Source: an uncultured virus (IMG/VR IMGVR_UViG_3300001765_000140) (Duplodnaviria; Heunggongvirae; Uroviricota; Caudoviricetes). From it: DNA of 64,000 bases. The translations under genes and the position numbers were made by a program. Positions 48,304 to 58,954 of the stretch are shown here, one piece after another (the stretch's first letter is position 1; every line of letters starts with the position of its first letter). The notes under the pieces were generated by a model that did not search any database, was not told the origin of the DNA, and saw only the letters and a program-made list of their open reading frames with translations. The DNA lies in the IMG/VR virus record IMGVR_UViG_3300001765_000140, one strand, 5' to 3'.

Positions 48304-48699
48304 TTATAATCGATTAATGTTGGTTTCTACTACATTTAATTTCTTCCATTGTGAGTACGGAATTGTAATTTCCGTTGCATCCTTGATGCGAACTACATAA
48401 CTGTACTCCTTAGTTTCCCTATGGAGAACGGCTGATTTGGATTCAAACTGAATTTCATCGACCTGAAATCCTGCATAATAAGCCTTAAGGCTAGGCAGGA
48501 ACTGATGGATGTATAATAACAGTCTTTCTTCTGCGCTTAAAGTTAGTCTTTTTGGCGATCTAACATCTATAAAGCCAAGCTTTTGCACTCTTTCTATTAA
48601 AGACAATGGTATTACTTTTAACACCCTTGGTATTCCCGACTCCGAGCTCACTGCTTTTGTTCTGAACCCCAACTTGACTAATTCTACGTTTTTCTTCAT
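48304..48699 (-). CDS. Hypothetical protein
   Basis: 131 aa ORF. Confidence 0.55.
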   Translation of the reverse strand: MKKNVELVKLGFRTKAVSSESGIPRVLKVIPLSLIERVQKLGFIDVRSPKRLTLSAEERLLLYIHQFLPSLKAYYAGFQVDEIQFESKSAVLHRETKEYSYVVRIKDATEITIPYSQWKKLNVVETNINRL

Positions 48700-49078
48700 T
48701 TGCTTTCATTTTTTTATCGAACTTTATTCTAACTTCCCATATCCGGTTCACGATCCAACCTAGAAGATATGCCTCTGCTTCATCATTTTTTAAGTCCAAC
48801 AAGACATCCACATCTGTAAATATCTTATTAACAAGATGCTTTGATTCGTGGGCAATCATTCCTGGAGTTATGCTTCTGCAGAAAATAACCGGATATATTC
48901 TAGACGATCCGCTATTTCTTCCTAGGCAAACTGCATCGTATCCCTTTAGGGCTTCATCGTCTACTCCGAAATTCTTTTTTGTCGGATCATAGGCATTGTC
49001 AGAATCAGATATCACTACATCTATCCTGCCTCCATACAGGGGCACTGCAATACTTGCTTTTACTTCAACTCTTTTCAC
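48560..49078 (-). CDS. Hypothetical HExxH (metallopeptidase-like) phage protein
   Basis: IAHESKH...DEAEAYLLGW motif; C-terminus overlaps next gene. Confidence 0.6.
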   Translation of the reverse strand: MKRVEVKASIAVPLYGGRIDVVISDSDNAYDPTKKNFGVDDEALKGYDAVCLGRNSGSSRIYPVIFCRSITPGMIAHESKHLVNKIFTDVDVLLDLKNDEAEAYLLGWIVNRIWEVRIKFDKKMKANEEKRRISQVGVQNKSSELGVGNTKGVKSNTIVFNRKSAKAWLYRC

Positions 49079-49553
49079 GCATTTTTAGTTTATCCGGCAA
49101 GTCAGAAAGATTTGTGTCAATTGACTCAGACCATCGTTTAATTAAATCTTTATCTACCAAATAGGCACACTTAAACTTAACGTCAGAACCTCCCTTGAAT
49201 CGCCTAGACGGTATGCAGTTGTAAAGTATGCATCGCATAAGGGACTGAGGAGTTATCCACACTAAAGTATTGCCATCAAATATCACCCAATAATCAGCCT
49301 TGGTAGCAGTTAGGGCTGACGGCTTATTATCGAATGATACCTCGATCACGTAATTTCCCGTCACCCTGCTATAACAGTCAGACTTAACCTCTACCCCAAT
49401 CCCGCGCTCCGGAATAAATATATCCCATTTAGGGTTTTTACCCTGTAGCTGATAAGCCTTTGGATATTTTTTCAGGATACGCGAGAGAACATAGAGTTCA
49501 ACTGCCTGCCCCATGGATAGCGACTGCTCCCATGACATATTATTTTCACCCAT
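49065..49553 (-). CDS. PD-(D/E)XK nuclease-like protein
   Basis: WDIF...VEVKSD...GNYVIE...TKADYW. Confidence 0.65.
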   Translation of the reverse strand: MGENNMSWEQSLSMGQAVELYVLSRILKKYPKAYQLQGKNPKWDIFIPERGIGVEVKSDCYSRVTGNYVIEVSFDNKPSALTATKADYWVIFDGNTLVWITPQSLMRCILYNCIPSRRFKGGSDVKFKCAYLVDKDLIKRWSESIDTNLSDLPDKLKMREKS

Positions 49554-49554
49554 A

Positions 49555-50106
49555 TTACTTAACGATATACTTCACGTTTTTGTAGATCAGCCAATTCAGC
49601 GATCTGTGATCAACCTGCCGGAGACGCTTGTCATATTCAGCACCATCCTTAGTCGGAGTTATTTCCTTGGCGATCTCTAGGTCGATAAGAACTGATCGTC
49701 CAAGTACGGGCTCAGTGCCTACGACATACCCAATCATAGTTCTGAGTTCTCCTTTCAATATTAACTCAAATTCTTTAGCCTTTGTTAAATTTCCTGAAGA
49801 AATAAAATCATTGACGCGCTCTGATATGGTCTTTGCAGTAGCCTGCTTATGAAAGTTAACCATTACTATAGCATCCCTAGCAGACATCAGCTTCTCAGCG
49901 AGTTCTGTTTTGCTTAATCCCTGCTCGGTGTCAAAATGAGTAGAGTAACACTCCTGAGCTATGATAGCATTTCCAATTTCCCATTCAAAGCCATCTTCAT
50001 TTTTAACCCTAGTGTTCATGAAGCCATCATTCACTACCTGCATGAATGATATTCTGCTCAGCCAACTACCTTTTTTAATATCACTAATCTGTGTTTTTGT
50101 TTTCAT
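49555..50106 (-). CDS. Hypothetical protein
   Basis: 183 aa ORF. Confidence 0.6.
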   Translation of the reverse strand: MKTKTQISDIKKGSWLSRISFMQVVNDGFMNTRVKNEDGFEWEIGNAIIAQECYSTHFDTEQGLSKTELAEKLMSARDAIVMVNFHKQATAKTISERVNDFISSGNLTKAKEFELILKGELRTMIGYVVGTEPVLGRSVLIDLEIAKEITPTKDGAEYDKRLRQVDHRSLNWLIYKNVKYIVK

Positions 50107-50374
50107 CTTCTAGTTCTTTTGGTGTCATAAATCGTTTATACAAAGGTCTCTTTCTAATCCATTGATCTTTACGAAACATAGTCGAATCACTGCTAAGCGT
50201 GAGGTTAAAGTCTTCTGAGTAACACTTACAATCTATGAAGTGTTTAATTGCGGCGACAGCTTGCTCAGGCTCTTTAGTGATTTCGACCCATTTATTAGCA
50301 GGAATCTTATTTGCTATAGCGCCGAACATTTCATTTAAGTAAGCCTCGCTTAATTCCTGCCCATGTATCATCAT
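50084..50374 (-). CDS. Hypothetical protein
   Basis: 96 aa ORF. Confidence 0.55.
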   Translation of the reverse strand: MMIHGQELSEAYLNEMFGAIANKIPANKWVEITKEPEQAVAAIKHFIDCKCYSEDFNLTLSSDSTMFRKDQWIRKRPLYKRFMTPKELEDENKNTD

Positions 50375-50946
50375 ATCGCGTCAAAGTTAAATTCAAGGAT
50401 TTTTCTGCTTGCCAAATAATCGCACATATGTACGTAAGCCTGAGCTCCATTGGAGGGAAGCGGGCTGTGCTGTTCTCCGTCCTTTGATGTGTTCCATTGC
50501 CCCATATGAGTGCTAACCAATGCTAGAATTCTAGGCATTATGTCATCGTATTTTCCTGGGTGAATGACGCACATTTTTTCATGAACATGCTGAACCAACA
50601 GTACTGCATGATTTTCAACAGTATAGGTCTCTTTCTTTATGCCGGATTTAACGCCGTCGTGAAGTATGAGTGCCGAAATAATCATGTCCTTCATTTCATC
50701 ACTGAACTTTGAAGTAATTGTCTTATTGCCAAACATACAGTAGGCAATATGAACAGCAGCTCTAGTGTGCCTAACCAAACCCCCTTCGCCAAGAGCATAG
50801 CTAGGATGATATTTTCCTGTACTGCTTGCCGGAATGACAAAGAAGTAATCAGGAAGAACTTTCAAAGCTGAAATAGTGAAGTCTTTAATAAGAGGATCAC
50901 TAATCAGCTTTAGTTCTTTTTCAAATACTTGAAATACGTTACTCAA
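50371..50946 (-). CDS. HD-domain phosphohydrolase
   Basis: PASSTGKYHP...GGLVRHT...ILHDGVK...HMGQW...HMCDYLASR. Confidence 0.88.
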   Translation of the reverse strand: MSNVFQVFEKELKLISDPLIKDFTISALKVLPDYFFVIPASSTGKYHPSYALGEGGLVRHTRAAVHIAYCMFGNKTITSKFSDEMKDMIISALILHDGVKSGIKKETYTVENHAVLLVQHVHEKMCVIHPGKYDDIMPRILALVSTHMGQWNTSKDGEQHSPLPSNGAQAYVHMCDYLASRKILEFNFDAI

Positions 50947-51220
50947 CGCTAAAATCGGTATTAATAAACGCGTCTAGAGCATTGATTTTCCTGTCATTCA
51001 GAGCCTTTTTACTGATAATGTCAGTCTGAACCTGATCCAACTTTGTAAGCTGCATAAGAACCTCAGCCTGAGTTACCTGTAATTCATGGTTAGAATTAAT
51101 CATTCCTCTACGGGCACTACTGAACGCAACAGTTGCCTTGTCGCTGCGCTTCTGAGCTTTTGCAAGTTTTCTCTGAGTTGTGAACTCTAAAAGTCGTGTG
51201 AAAATTTTAACTAGCATCAT
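50939..51220 (-). CDS. Hypothetical coiled-coil protein
   Basis: 93 aa ORF. Confidence 0.55.
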   Translation of the reverse strand: MMLVKIFTRLLEFTTQRKLAKAQKRSDKATVAFSSARRGMINSNHELQVTQAEVLMQLTKLDQVQTDIISKKALNDRKINALDAFINTDFSVE

Positions 51221-51444
51221 AATAAATTGAATTTAATTGTTTAAAAACTTCGTTGCAAGATATGTAAAAACTTTTACATTTCCAAATTATTCGTGAAGAA
51301 TGTGATACATTACGCCTGATTTTGTTTGCCTAGGCTCTAGCTTCTGCAGGAAGTCAGCAAACTCCGGTGTCATTTCCGGAGGTTTGACTGAAATATCAAC
51401 GTGGATGTTGATTAACATCACAACCGTACAATCCATGTAAACTA

Positions 51445-51964
51445 TCATTTTATCTTATGTTTGAATGTATAAAAAGAACATCCGAATATAATTCTCTGAC
51501 TAAGAATAGTAGCCACTCTCTCATATATACGCTGATTAGCCTTATGTTTATGAATGAATTTAGCAGGCTTTATCTCTGTAAAAGAAGTTCCATTGACGTA
51601 AATCAATCCGGCATACTCAGGAATTTCTTCCATTCTTATAAGTCCTTCTACGCAAACGAAGAAGTATTTATTAGGTATATTGATGTGAGTTACCACATTA
51701 CCTGTTTTCTTACCCCCACTCCATTCATCATACATAGAAGTAGCCCTTCCCTCTGACAGCATTTTATGCTTATATTGCTTATTCTTAAATTCAGCCAGGA
51801 AGTCAGAGCGACTTCTTTTTATCTCAAACTCATACATGTACCCATTATTATTTATTCCAAGTACATCAGCCTCATGACGCACCTGCAAATGTTGTCAGGA
51901 ATATAGGAAATGATCTATCGGATAAGCTCCGGATAATAACATCAGCTATTTGGTTTGTTGTCAT
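51445..51964 (-). CDS. MmcB-like PD-(D/E)XK nuclease, apparently frameshifted near 51878
   Basis: HEADVLG...YEFEIKRSRSDFLAE; upstream frame MTTNQIADVIIRSLSDRSFPIFLTTFAG starts at ATG 51964 overlapping the RNR stop. Confidence 0.6.
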
Positions 51965-53685
51965 GATCCGCAAGTCCCGCCTTTACCAATTTCGCAAACA
52001 TCAAAGAATTCTTCGCTAAACTCTTTACCTTCATTACTCTTAGCGATCTCATAATCCACAGGTGTCAGCGGTTGACCGCCACGACTACCGTCCGGATAAC
52101 AAGTAAATCCCCTAAGCCTATGAGCATAATTGAGAAGAGTTTTGGCAAACATATTGACATGATTTTCATTATTACCCTCAGAACCCCAAGCCGGAATGTT
52201 GATGGTAGAACTAATACTCATATCCACATAGTCCTGAATATCAGCCTGAAACTTGATTCTACGCTCAGGGTCTCTAGCCAGGTCTAGAGCAGTTTCAATC
52301 TTCCGGTGATCGATCCCGTATTTGTCAATGAGAATCTTTGAAGTCCCGTCGATTACAAACTGATGTCTCCATGCCTTACCCTTAAGGTATCTGCGCTTAT
52401 AGGCTACAGCAAATAGCGGCTCTATTCCGGTTGTTGTGCCTGCCATAATTCCGATTGTGCCCGTGGGAGCAATAGCTCTGTAAGCAACCGGACGACTAAT
52501 ACCTAGCCTGTCAGCCAACTCGTCAGCACTGCGCTTGCTCTCATTTTTATACACCTCAAGCCACTGCTTTAATTCCGGCACTACTTCATAGCGATACCCG
52601 CGTCTCAACAGCCACTCGTGAACACCCATAAGTCCTATGCCAAGTCTCCGGTTTTTCTCCCTTACTTTATAGACTTTTTCGTATGGTAGTTTTGCAACAA
52701 GCGTTCCGCATAAGAGAAATTGAGCGACCAACCGGACAACTTCTTTGAATTCCTCTATCGTATCAATTCGGCTCATATTTATACTGCCGAGATTACACAC
52801 ATCAGAATCGTCCTCAGAAGTAACCTCTGTACACGCATTTCTAAGCGTCTCCTTCTCTTTATCGAAGAAGTTGAATGAGAATCCTGGCTCACCACCTGAA
52901 AGAGCCTGACGCACGTTCTCAACGTATGTCTTGGGCAGCTTCATAAAAGGAAGTTTTCCGGCTTTAAGAAGTATCTCCAAATCTACAGCATTTAACTCGT
53001 ACACGCTTTCAAGAAAGGCATTGTCATAATTAACACTGATGTTTGTCATGTCGAGCGGGGCGGGAAAGTCAAAGTTCTTCTCTTTAAGATACTTGATCGT
53101 TGCCACATTCCCCATATCGTCATAAGCTCCATTAATCTTCATGCTTCCCCAATCCTTTGCATGCATGAATGCAGAGATATCTCCATGCTGCCAATTAAGC
53201 GAAGCATAGATAGCTGATCTTCTGCTGCCGCCCTGCATTACATTGCGACCAATTTCATTGATCATAATCATCTTCGAAACAGAACCGGATGCAAAACCAC
53301 CCGTCTTTTTAATCACAGTTCCGGCAGGTCTGTAGACTGAGTAATCAGTACCTATGCCACCGCCCGTTAGAAGTGCCGATTCAGACTTCCATGAAAGATT
53401 AGCCCAATCCTCACGCGTGTCTTCCTCAGCCTTAAGGAGATAACAGTTGTTGAAGAATTTATGAGAGCGTCCGGCGTAATACAGATATCGTCCTCCGGCT
53501 ATGAATTTCATGTCGGAATGCATATGCGCCAAAAGCTTCTTATCTTCGCCCCCGATCCGGTTACTGCAGACATCCTCAATGAGAGTCTCGCTGAGCTCAG
53601 CCCATGATTCAGAGCCTTCGTGCTTATACTTTGAGTTGAAAATGTCTTCTGAGAACTTAGTTCTAAATGGTGTATTTTCTGTCAT
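51961..53685 (-). CDS. nrdJ: Class II (adenosylcobalamin-dependent) ribonucleotide reductase
   Basis: NNCY, GGSRRSA, NACTE, CNLGSIN, IAPTGTI, DMSISST, C-terminal Cys pair; no nrdB/nrdG in window. Confidence 0.85.
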   Translation of the reverse strand: MTENTPFRTKFSEDIFNSKYKHEGSESWAELSETLIEDVCSNRIGGEDKKLLAHMHSDMKFIAGGRYLYYAGRSHKFFNNCYLLKAEEDTREDWANLSWKSESALLTGGGIGTDYSVYRPAGTVIKKTGGFASGSVSKMIMINEIGRNVMQGGSRRSAIYASLNWQHGDISAFMHAKDWGSMKINGAYDDMGNVATIKYLKEKNFDFPAPLDMTNISVNYDNAFLESVYELNAVDLEILLKAGKLPFMKLPKTYVENVRQALSGGEPGFSFNFFDKEKETLRNACTEVTSEDDSDVCNLGSINMSRIDTIEEFKEVVRLVAQFLLCGTLVAKLPYEKVYKVREKNRRLGIGLMGVHEWLLRRGYRYEVVPELKQWLEVYKNESKRSADELADRLGISRPVAYRAIAPTGTIGIMAGTTTGIEPLFAVAYKRRYLKGKAWRHQFVIDGTSKILIDKYGIDHRKIETALDLARDPERRIKFQADIQDYVDMSISSTINIPAWGSEGNNENHVNMFAKTLLNYAHRLRGFTCYPDGSRGGQPLTPVDYEIAKSNEGKEFSEEFFDVCEIGKGGTCGS

Positions 53686-54086
53686 GATCGTTTCTTGTTT
53701 ATTTCGTAATTAATTATGGATCGCAAGTCAGGAGGAGAATATGAGTTTCCTTTCAATACCTTTCCGTCAGCCCTGTATATCGGTTTTCCGTTCTCATCAA
53801 GCTTAGACATATTGCTTCTGTGTACTTCATTAAAGCATTCCTCCAAAATATCACCTAACCCACACTGAACTGCAGTTCCAATAAGAATATACATGCAGTC
53901 TACAATTGCGTCAGCCACCTCTACAAGATTATCGTCAAACTCAGCATCCAATAATTCATCAACCTCCTCATTAAGTATTCTGTGACGCATTTCAAATTCT
54001 TTCTGAGGAATTAACGTCGGAATAACCCTTACCGGAAGTCCGTATGTGTTATGAAATTCTTTTAACTGATCTATATGTTTCTTCAT
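53682..54086 (-). CDS. MazG-like NTP pyrophosphohydrolase
   Basis: EEVDELL...VADAIVD...EVHRSNMSK...DGKVLKG. Confidence 0.88.
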   Translation of the reverse strand: MKKHIDQLKEFHNTYGLPVRVIPTLIPQKEFEMRHRILNEEVDELLDAEFDDNLVEVADAIVDCMYILIGTAVQCGLGDILEECFNEVHRSNMSKLDENGKPIYRADGKVLKGNSYSPPDLRSIINYEINKKRS

Positions 54087-54209
54087 GCTTAAATAATTAT
54101 GTATTGATAAATACTAAAAGAGAACATTAATGCCCACACTAAGTACGCCATGTAACGCACTGATTTCTTTCTAAAAGAATAGGGCACTGAGAAGCAGAAC
54201 ATGTATATG

Positions 54210-54815
54210 CTAATTATGAGAAAGAACATTGTTTTGAATGTTTTTCAGACGCCTAATATATCCGTCACAATCCGGATTACAATAGCCGATTCTAACCAAA
54301 AATAAGTAATAGTCCTCAGTTTCATCAATATATCTACTGTGCTGCCATAATGCATAATCACGTATTGACTCAATATAGCTGCCATAATAAGCAAATCCAC
54401 TTCTCTCTCCAATAGCAGAAGTTTCCCTTACTGCAGGCATTCGCATTCCAAATAGATTATGATTACTTCTACATAACGAGCTAGTCAAGTTTCCGGTCTC
54501 TTCATATATCTGAGCCCTGACTATTTCATTATTTGATATTCCAAATGCATCGATCCAATAATCTATATTATCCCACGTTAGCTTATAGATTTCATCCATT
54601 TGATCCTGTATCACCTCAATGCTATCAGAAAGCTCAGCATTCTCTAGCTTAAGAAGTCCTATTTCATACTCCTGCTGCTGAACAGTTTGCTCAGACATGT
54701 GTAAATTACCCGCAAAGGCTACTATAAGTAATATTACTAAACTACCTAGTATTGTCACAAATGCATCCTCAATCGATAATTTATTTCTCTTCTTTTTCTC
54801 AATCGTTTTTTCCAT
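54210..54815 (-). CDS. Membrane-anchored glucosaminidase (FlgJ/GH73-like)
   Basis: N-terminal TM and coil; AQIYEETG, NHNLFGM, YGSYIESIRDY. Confidence 0.75.
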   Translation of the reverse strand: MEKTIEKKKRNKLSIEDAFVTILGSLVILLIVAFAGNLHMSEQTVQQQEYEIGLLKLENAELSDSIEVIQDQMDEIYKLTWDNIDYWIDAFGISNNEIVRAQIYEETGNLTSSLCRSNHNLFGMRMPAVRETSAIGERSGFAYYGSYIESIRDYALWQHSRYIDETEDYYLFLVRIGYCNPDCDGYIRRLKNIQNNVLSHN

Positions 54816-54835
54816 AATTGGGTTTTAAGTTATTA

Positions 54836-56740
54836 CTAAAAAGGAAGATCATCATTTTCTTCCGGAATAAAAACATCGCTTGGGCGCTGAGAATCGAATG
54901 CCTTATTAATAGGTATTTGTTTTTCGTCCTCAGGCATAGCTAAAGTAGCCTGCTCTGATCTATTGAGCCAATTTGAATCATCCCATATATCGGTTAGGTT
55001 TTTAAACGTCTCATAACGACCATTTTTCACGTTATAAGAATATTTAACCATTCCTATCTTTCCTAGGTGTTTGAATTTAACCTTATTGATGTGAACCTCA
55101 ACCGTGCCCTCTTCAAAGTCGCGATAAACAGTTATCCCGCCATCGGTTTTATTATAGAAATGAGCAGACCCTGATACATTAGACAGGTCAGGAACTATCA
55201 TCTTTCCCTGATCATCCTTTTGCATCTTAGTCGGGTGAGCTACTAACCATATGTGTAGGTTCTGCTTGCGCTTATACCTGCTTATTTCGGTTAGTCTATT
55301 CTTAACACCATCAGTATCATTCTTTCCCTCATCGTCAATTTCAGTCCAAGGATCGAGCACTAAGCCGTTTACCCCATAACGCTCAACAAGAGAGTCACAT
55401 ATTCGTGTGATATTCTTAAGAGTATAGTTATCATCAGCCGGATAAATCCAAAAGAAGTGAGTCCTGATGAACGCATAAGCCTCAGATAATTCCAATCCAC
55501 TACATGAATTGAAATCCTTACCTGTAATTTTAGACACTAACTTGGCAATATGAAGCACAATCGGAAAGTTTTCCGGAGAGAATATAGCAAATCGCCAATT
55601 CTTTTCTACAGCCAATCGAGATATCATATCATCGACAAATTCGGATTTACCATGTGTAGGTATTCCAGTGACGATGGTAAGTCGAGCGGGCTCGAAACTG
55701 TAGTGCTTCTTAAACTCCGGAGTTCCAACCTGTAGCCCAGGATTTAAGCCATTTTTATGCATCGCGCCAAGCTCTTCCCAAAGATCATCGATTGTGATGA
55801 CGTCGGTAAGCGGAGCAGGTGTTGCTAGGTCGATGGTATTGAATAATGCCGTCTTGCCAAACTTAATGAGATATTCGTTAGCGTCCTTGCATCCTTTGTA
55901 ATCTACAAAGAAGCACTTTGCCGCCCCAAATCTCCTAACAAACTCATCCCTCAACGCCTTGCCTGCAGCGTCAGTGTCTACAGCTAGAACAATCTTTCTT
56001 AATTTCGGAAGCTTGTTTGCCTGTCTCCACTTATCATCGAACAAATCATAGTGATTGTTCAAATACTCCATGTTATTATTTCCCAACTGAGCTCCGTTTG
56101 GCACTGACATCACGTTAGAAACTGATGACTCTATGTAAGACAGAGCATCCATTTCCCCTTCGACAATAATAATCGCGTCATTATCTTCCCTGAGCGCATC
56201 TACATTGTAGAATATCAGCCTAGCATCCTTATACATCCGGAAATTCTTCTGACCATCCCTGTATTTAATGTTTGTCAGAACGCCCTTATCAAAGTAGTTA
56301 AACATAATGGTATTCAACTCCTTGTTAGCCTGAGGCATGTAGTTCAGTCCGGAAGTAACCCTCATTTTCTTAAGAGTTTCTATAGAAATGTGCCTGACAT
56401 TAAGAAACCAAGCTGCAGTCCGGTCATCTATTTCATTGTACTCTACTTTAGGGGCGGGAAGTTTGTATTCCTTTTCCTTAATCCGGTTTGTTGAGGCATT
56501 GAATGCGCTTGCATTAGCATATCTGTCGATAGCATACTTAGCCTCGCATCCGATGTTCTTGCAACTTGCTACCTGCTCTTCTAGATTTATCGATAAACTT
56601 TTATCGGTTTTATTCTTGCGGGTATTGTGACATTTAGGGCAGTGAGCTTTCCATTGACCGCTATTACGTCCAACGGGAACTTCAATACCCAATTCAGCCC
56701 AAGATGCACCCACCATTGTTCCGTCTTTCGCTATAAACAT
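54836..56740 (-). CDS. Primase-helicase (T7 gp4/Twinkle-like)
   Basis: CPKC zinc finger, TOPRIM IVEGEMDALS and DTDAAG, Walker A GIPTHGKS, LDPW, VAHPTK, DDLPF tail. Confidence 0.92.
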   Translation of the reverse strand: MFIAKDGTMVGASWAELGIEVPVGRNSGQWKAHCPKCHNTRKNKTDKSLSINLEEQVASCKNIGCEAKYAIDRYANASAFNASTNRIKEKEYKLPAPKVEYNEIDDRTAAWFLNVRHISIETLKKMRVTSGLNYMPQANKELNTIMFNYFDKGVLTNIKYRDGQKNFRMYKDARLIFYNVDALREDNDAIIIVEGEMDALSYIESSVSNVMSVPNGAQLGNNNMEYLNNHYDLFDDKWRQANKLPKLRKIVLAVDTDAAGKALRDEFVRRFGAAKCFFVDYKGCKDANEYLIKFGKTALFNTIDLATPAPLTDVITIDDLWEELGAMHKNGLNPGLQVGTPEFKKHYSFEPARLTIVTGIPTHGKSEFVDDMISRLAVEKNWRFAIFSPENFPIVLHIAKLVSKITGKDFNSCSGLELSEAYAFIRTHFFWIYPADDNYTLKNITRICDSLVERYGVNGLVLDPWTEIDDEGKNDTDGVKNRLTEISRYKRKQNLHIWLVAHPTKMQKDDQGKMIVPDLSNVSGSAHFYNKTDGGITVYRDFEEGTVEVHINKVKFKHLGKIGMVKYSYNVKNGRYETFKNLTDIWDDSNWLNRSEQATLAMPEDEKQIPINKAFDSQRPSDVFIPEENDDLPF

Positions 56741-56759
56741 AATTAATCTCTATTTTTGA

Positions 56760-57323
56760 TTACTTCTTTAATTCGTTCAAATATTCGTCAATAGTAACAT
56801 CGTCAATCTCAATACATAATTCTGAGTTGTGCCATGTCTGAAAGTCTTTGAGAATCTTTTCAATCTCCTCATCCGTAATCTCCTTTGCTCGGCTATTAGC
56901 AAAGCTTTCTCCTGCACAGAAGCCAATATATAAGCCTAAGTGTGCAATATACTCAGGTTCATTCCTACTTTCAAGAACTTCCTTCGTGTGATTATTTGCA
57001 TATTCTTCTGCTGTTATCTCCGCCCCCTGTTCACGCTTTGGCTTAACCTGTGAAGCCTTTGACTCCTCTGCCTCAAACGCATAACACTTATTTTCATCCA
57101 TTACTGTTGTATATGACTTAACTGCATCCATTAATCCTAATTTACAATCTGACCAATCATTTTCATATTTTAACGGAATTGCATTCTTACAATTAATACA
57201 ACAATGAATTATTCTTCCCTCAACCTGTGAAGTATCAGGCTTTGGGGAAATAGATTCTTTAGAAAAATATTTATTATAAAACTTTTCAACTTGTTCTACG
57301 TTTTCACCTATTTTCTTTTTCAT
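56760..57323 (-). CDS. Hypothetical protein
   Basis: 187 aa, CxxCxN cluster, AT-rich. Confidence 0.55.
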   Translation of the reverse strand: MKKKIGENVEQVEKFYNKYFSKESISPKPDTSQVEGRIIHCCINCKNAIPLKYENDWSDCKLGLMDAVKSYTTVMDENKCYAFEAEESKASQVKPKREQGAEITAEEYANNHTKEVLESRNEPEYIAHLGLYIGFCAGESFANSRAKEITDEEIEKILKDFQTWHNSELCIEIDDVTIDEYLNELKK

Positions 57324-57633
57324 GAATTTTAATATATTCGTTTACTTTATTATGATGAATAAAATCAGCCATACCTGAATTACTATTCCACCAATTTGCA
57401 AAATGTTGCAATCTTAATTTATCAATAGTTTCCTTCTCTTGCTCTCTTGGCTGTTCAGCCTTAATCAAATCACGTCTAATGATTTTAAGGTATTCTGAGT
57501 TAACAGAATCAGAGTTATTGTCAACATCCCATTTGATAATACATTCAATTATGTCTTTTATCTCTGCGTTGCTTGGCTGTTCAGGTTCAATCTGATCAAG
57601 TTCATCGGCTATGGTATTTATATTATAACTCAT
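57304..57633 (-). CDS. Hypothetical protein
   Basis: 109 aa, AT-rich. Confidence 0.55.
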   Translation of the reverse strand: MSYNINTIADELDQIEPEQPSNAEIKDIIECIIKWDVDNNSDSVNSEYLKIIRRDLIKAEQPREQEKETIDKLRLQHFANWWNSNSGMADFIHHNKVNEYIKIHEKENR

Positions 57634-57635
57634 AG

Positions 57636-58451
57636 TTAAATTTTATTAAAGAATCCTTCTTCTGCCTTATCGAACTGAGCCTGAGTGATTACTCTAGTCC
57701 GACCATATATGTCACGCACCTTAAAGACTGCCTCGTTACTAGGAACGGCATTCTCTTCGGCTGTAGTAACATCGTTTTCAGTAAGCACACGCTGAACTCC
57801 GCCCTTAGGTATCTCATTCAGATAGGTGTCAAAGTGAGACGGTCTGAATAAGGTATCGGGTCTAATAAATAAGCGCATTTTGTCGTCAGTACTCCATTGA
57901 TTGTGCTTCCATGTAATAACCTTTTCAAAATCCTCCTTAGTGTGACCCTCATCAAGCCTGCCCCTTACGAGCTTTCTGTAGGCTTCGGTCTTTATCTTTA
58001 GGTTTTTACGTGTAATTTTGTTGAACATTTCCAATATCTCAGTAATGATCGGTTCTTGTTTTTCTTTTTCCCTGAATTTCTGAGTGCGCGGAGTCGAGCT
58101 CAGCGTAGTATGTTGATATTTTTCCCAATTATTTACCCGCATAAAGCCTTCGTCATCGACGACTAGCAGTCTATAATCGGAACTTGAAAATTCGTTTATA
58201 ATTGTTCTGATGAAGTCAATGCCATGAGTAATAGCGACAACATCAAAAATGGATAGCAGAGATAGATCGTCGTGAGGCTGATCTTCGCTCTGATTAAAAG
58301 CACCGGACATCTTAGTGGCTTGAGTTAAGATCATATGCCACATCCAATAGATCGCGAATACGTCTTTGCCGTATTTGTGATATAATTTCTTAAACTTTAC
58401 ATCAGTTATCATATCAATTGTACATCTGTAATAAGGTGTGAATAAAGCCAT
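57636..58451 (-). CDS. Replication initiator/replisome organiser-like protein
   Basis: VNNWEKYQ...STPRTQKFREK; C-terminal FIRPDTLFRPSHFDTYLNE conserved phage domain. Confidence 0.8.
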   Translation of the reverse strand: MALFTPYYRCTIDMITDVKFKKLYHKYGKDVFAIYWMWHMILTQATKMSGAFNQSEDQPHDDLSLLSIFDVVAITHGIDFIRTIINEFSSSDYRLLVVDDEGFMRVNNWEKYQHTTLSSTPRTQKFREKEKQEPIITEILEMFNKITRKNLKIKTEAYRKLVRGRLDEGHTKEDFEKVITWKHNQWSTDDKMRLFIRPDTLFRPSHFDTYLNEIPKGGVQRVLTENDVTTAEENAVPSNEAVFKVRDIYGRTRVITQAQFDKAEEGFFNKI

Positions 58452-58530
58452 TGTCGTGTAGGTTTTAGATAAGTTAAATAAGCCCCTCTCTAATGAAAGA
58501 GAAGGGCTGTAATCTTAAATTAATTTGGGA

Positions 58531-58916
58531 CTAAAATGGAAGATCGTCCTCATTCTGAGAATCATTCTCCGGCAAGCTAGACTTGTTTTGTTCCGGAGCA
58601 CTATCACCCGTAGGAAGTGGAGCTGATTTTTTAACTCCGTCAGCCTTAATCCTCCATCCGTTAAGAGAGGTGAAACATCTTTCGCCATTCTTTGTTTCAG
58701 CGACATTGCCCCTGATATTGACGTCAACAGATACCATCTGCCCTTTTTTCAGACCATTAAGGAGCGCACATTTGTCCTTGACAAATTCAACTGAAATTGT
58801 CTGAGGATATCGATCTCGATCCAAAGCTCACGCTTACTGAATGTGTCACTGATCTGATTAATGTCACAAACCTTTACGATTTTTCCTGCGAGTGTTAATC
58901 CTGTACTTTCTGCCAT
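58531..58916 (-). CDS. DUF3127-like ssDNA-binding protein, apparently frameshifted near 58815
   Basis: MAESTGLTLAGKIVKV...FSKRELWIE in one frame; YPQTISVEF...NIRG...FTSLNGWRI...DDLPF in another. Confidence 0.7.
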
Positions 58917-58954
58917 AATTGAAAATTGTTTTTAGTGTAAATGAATAATTAGTG

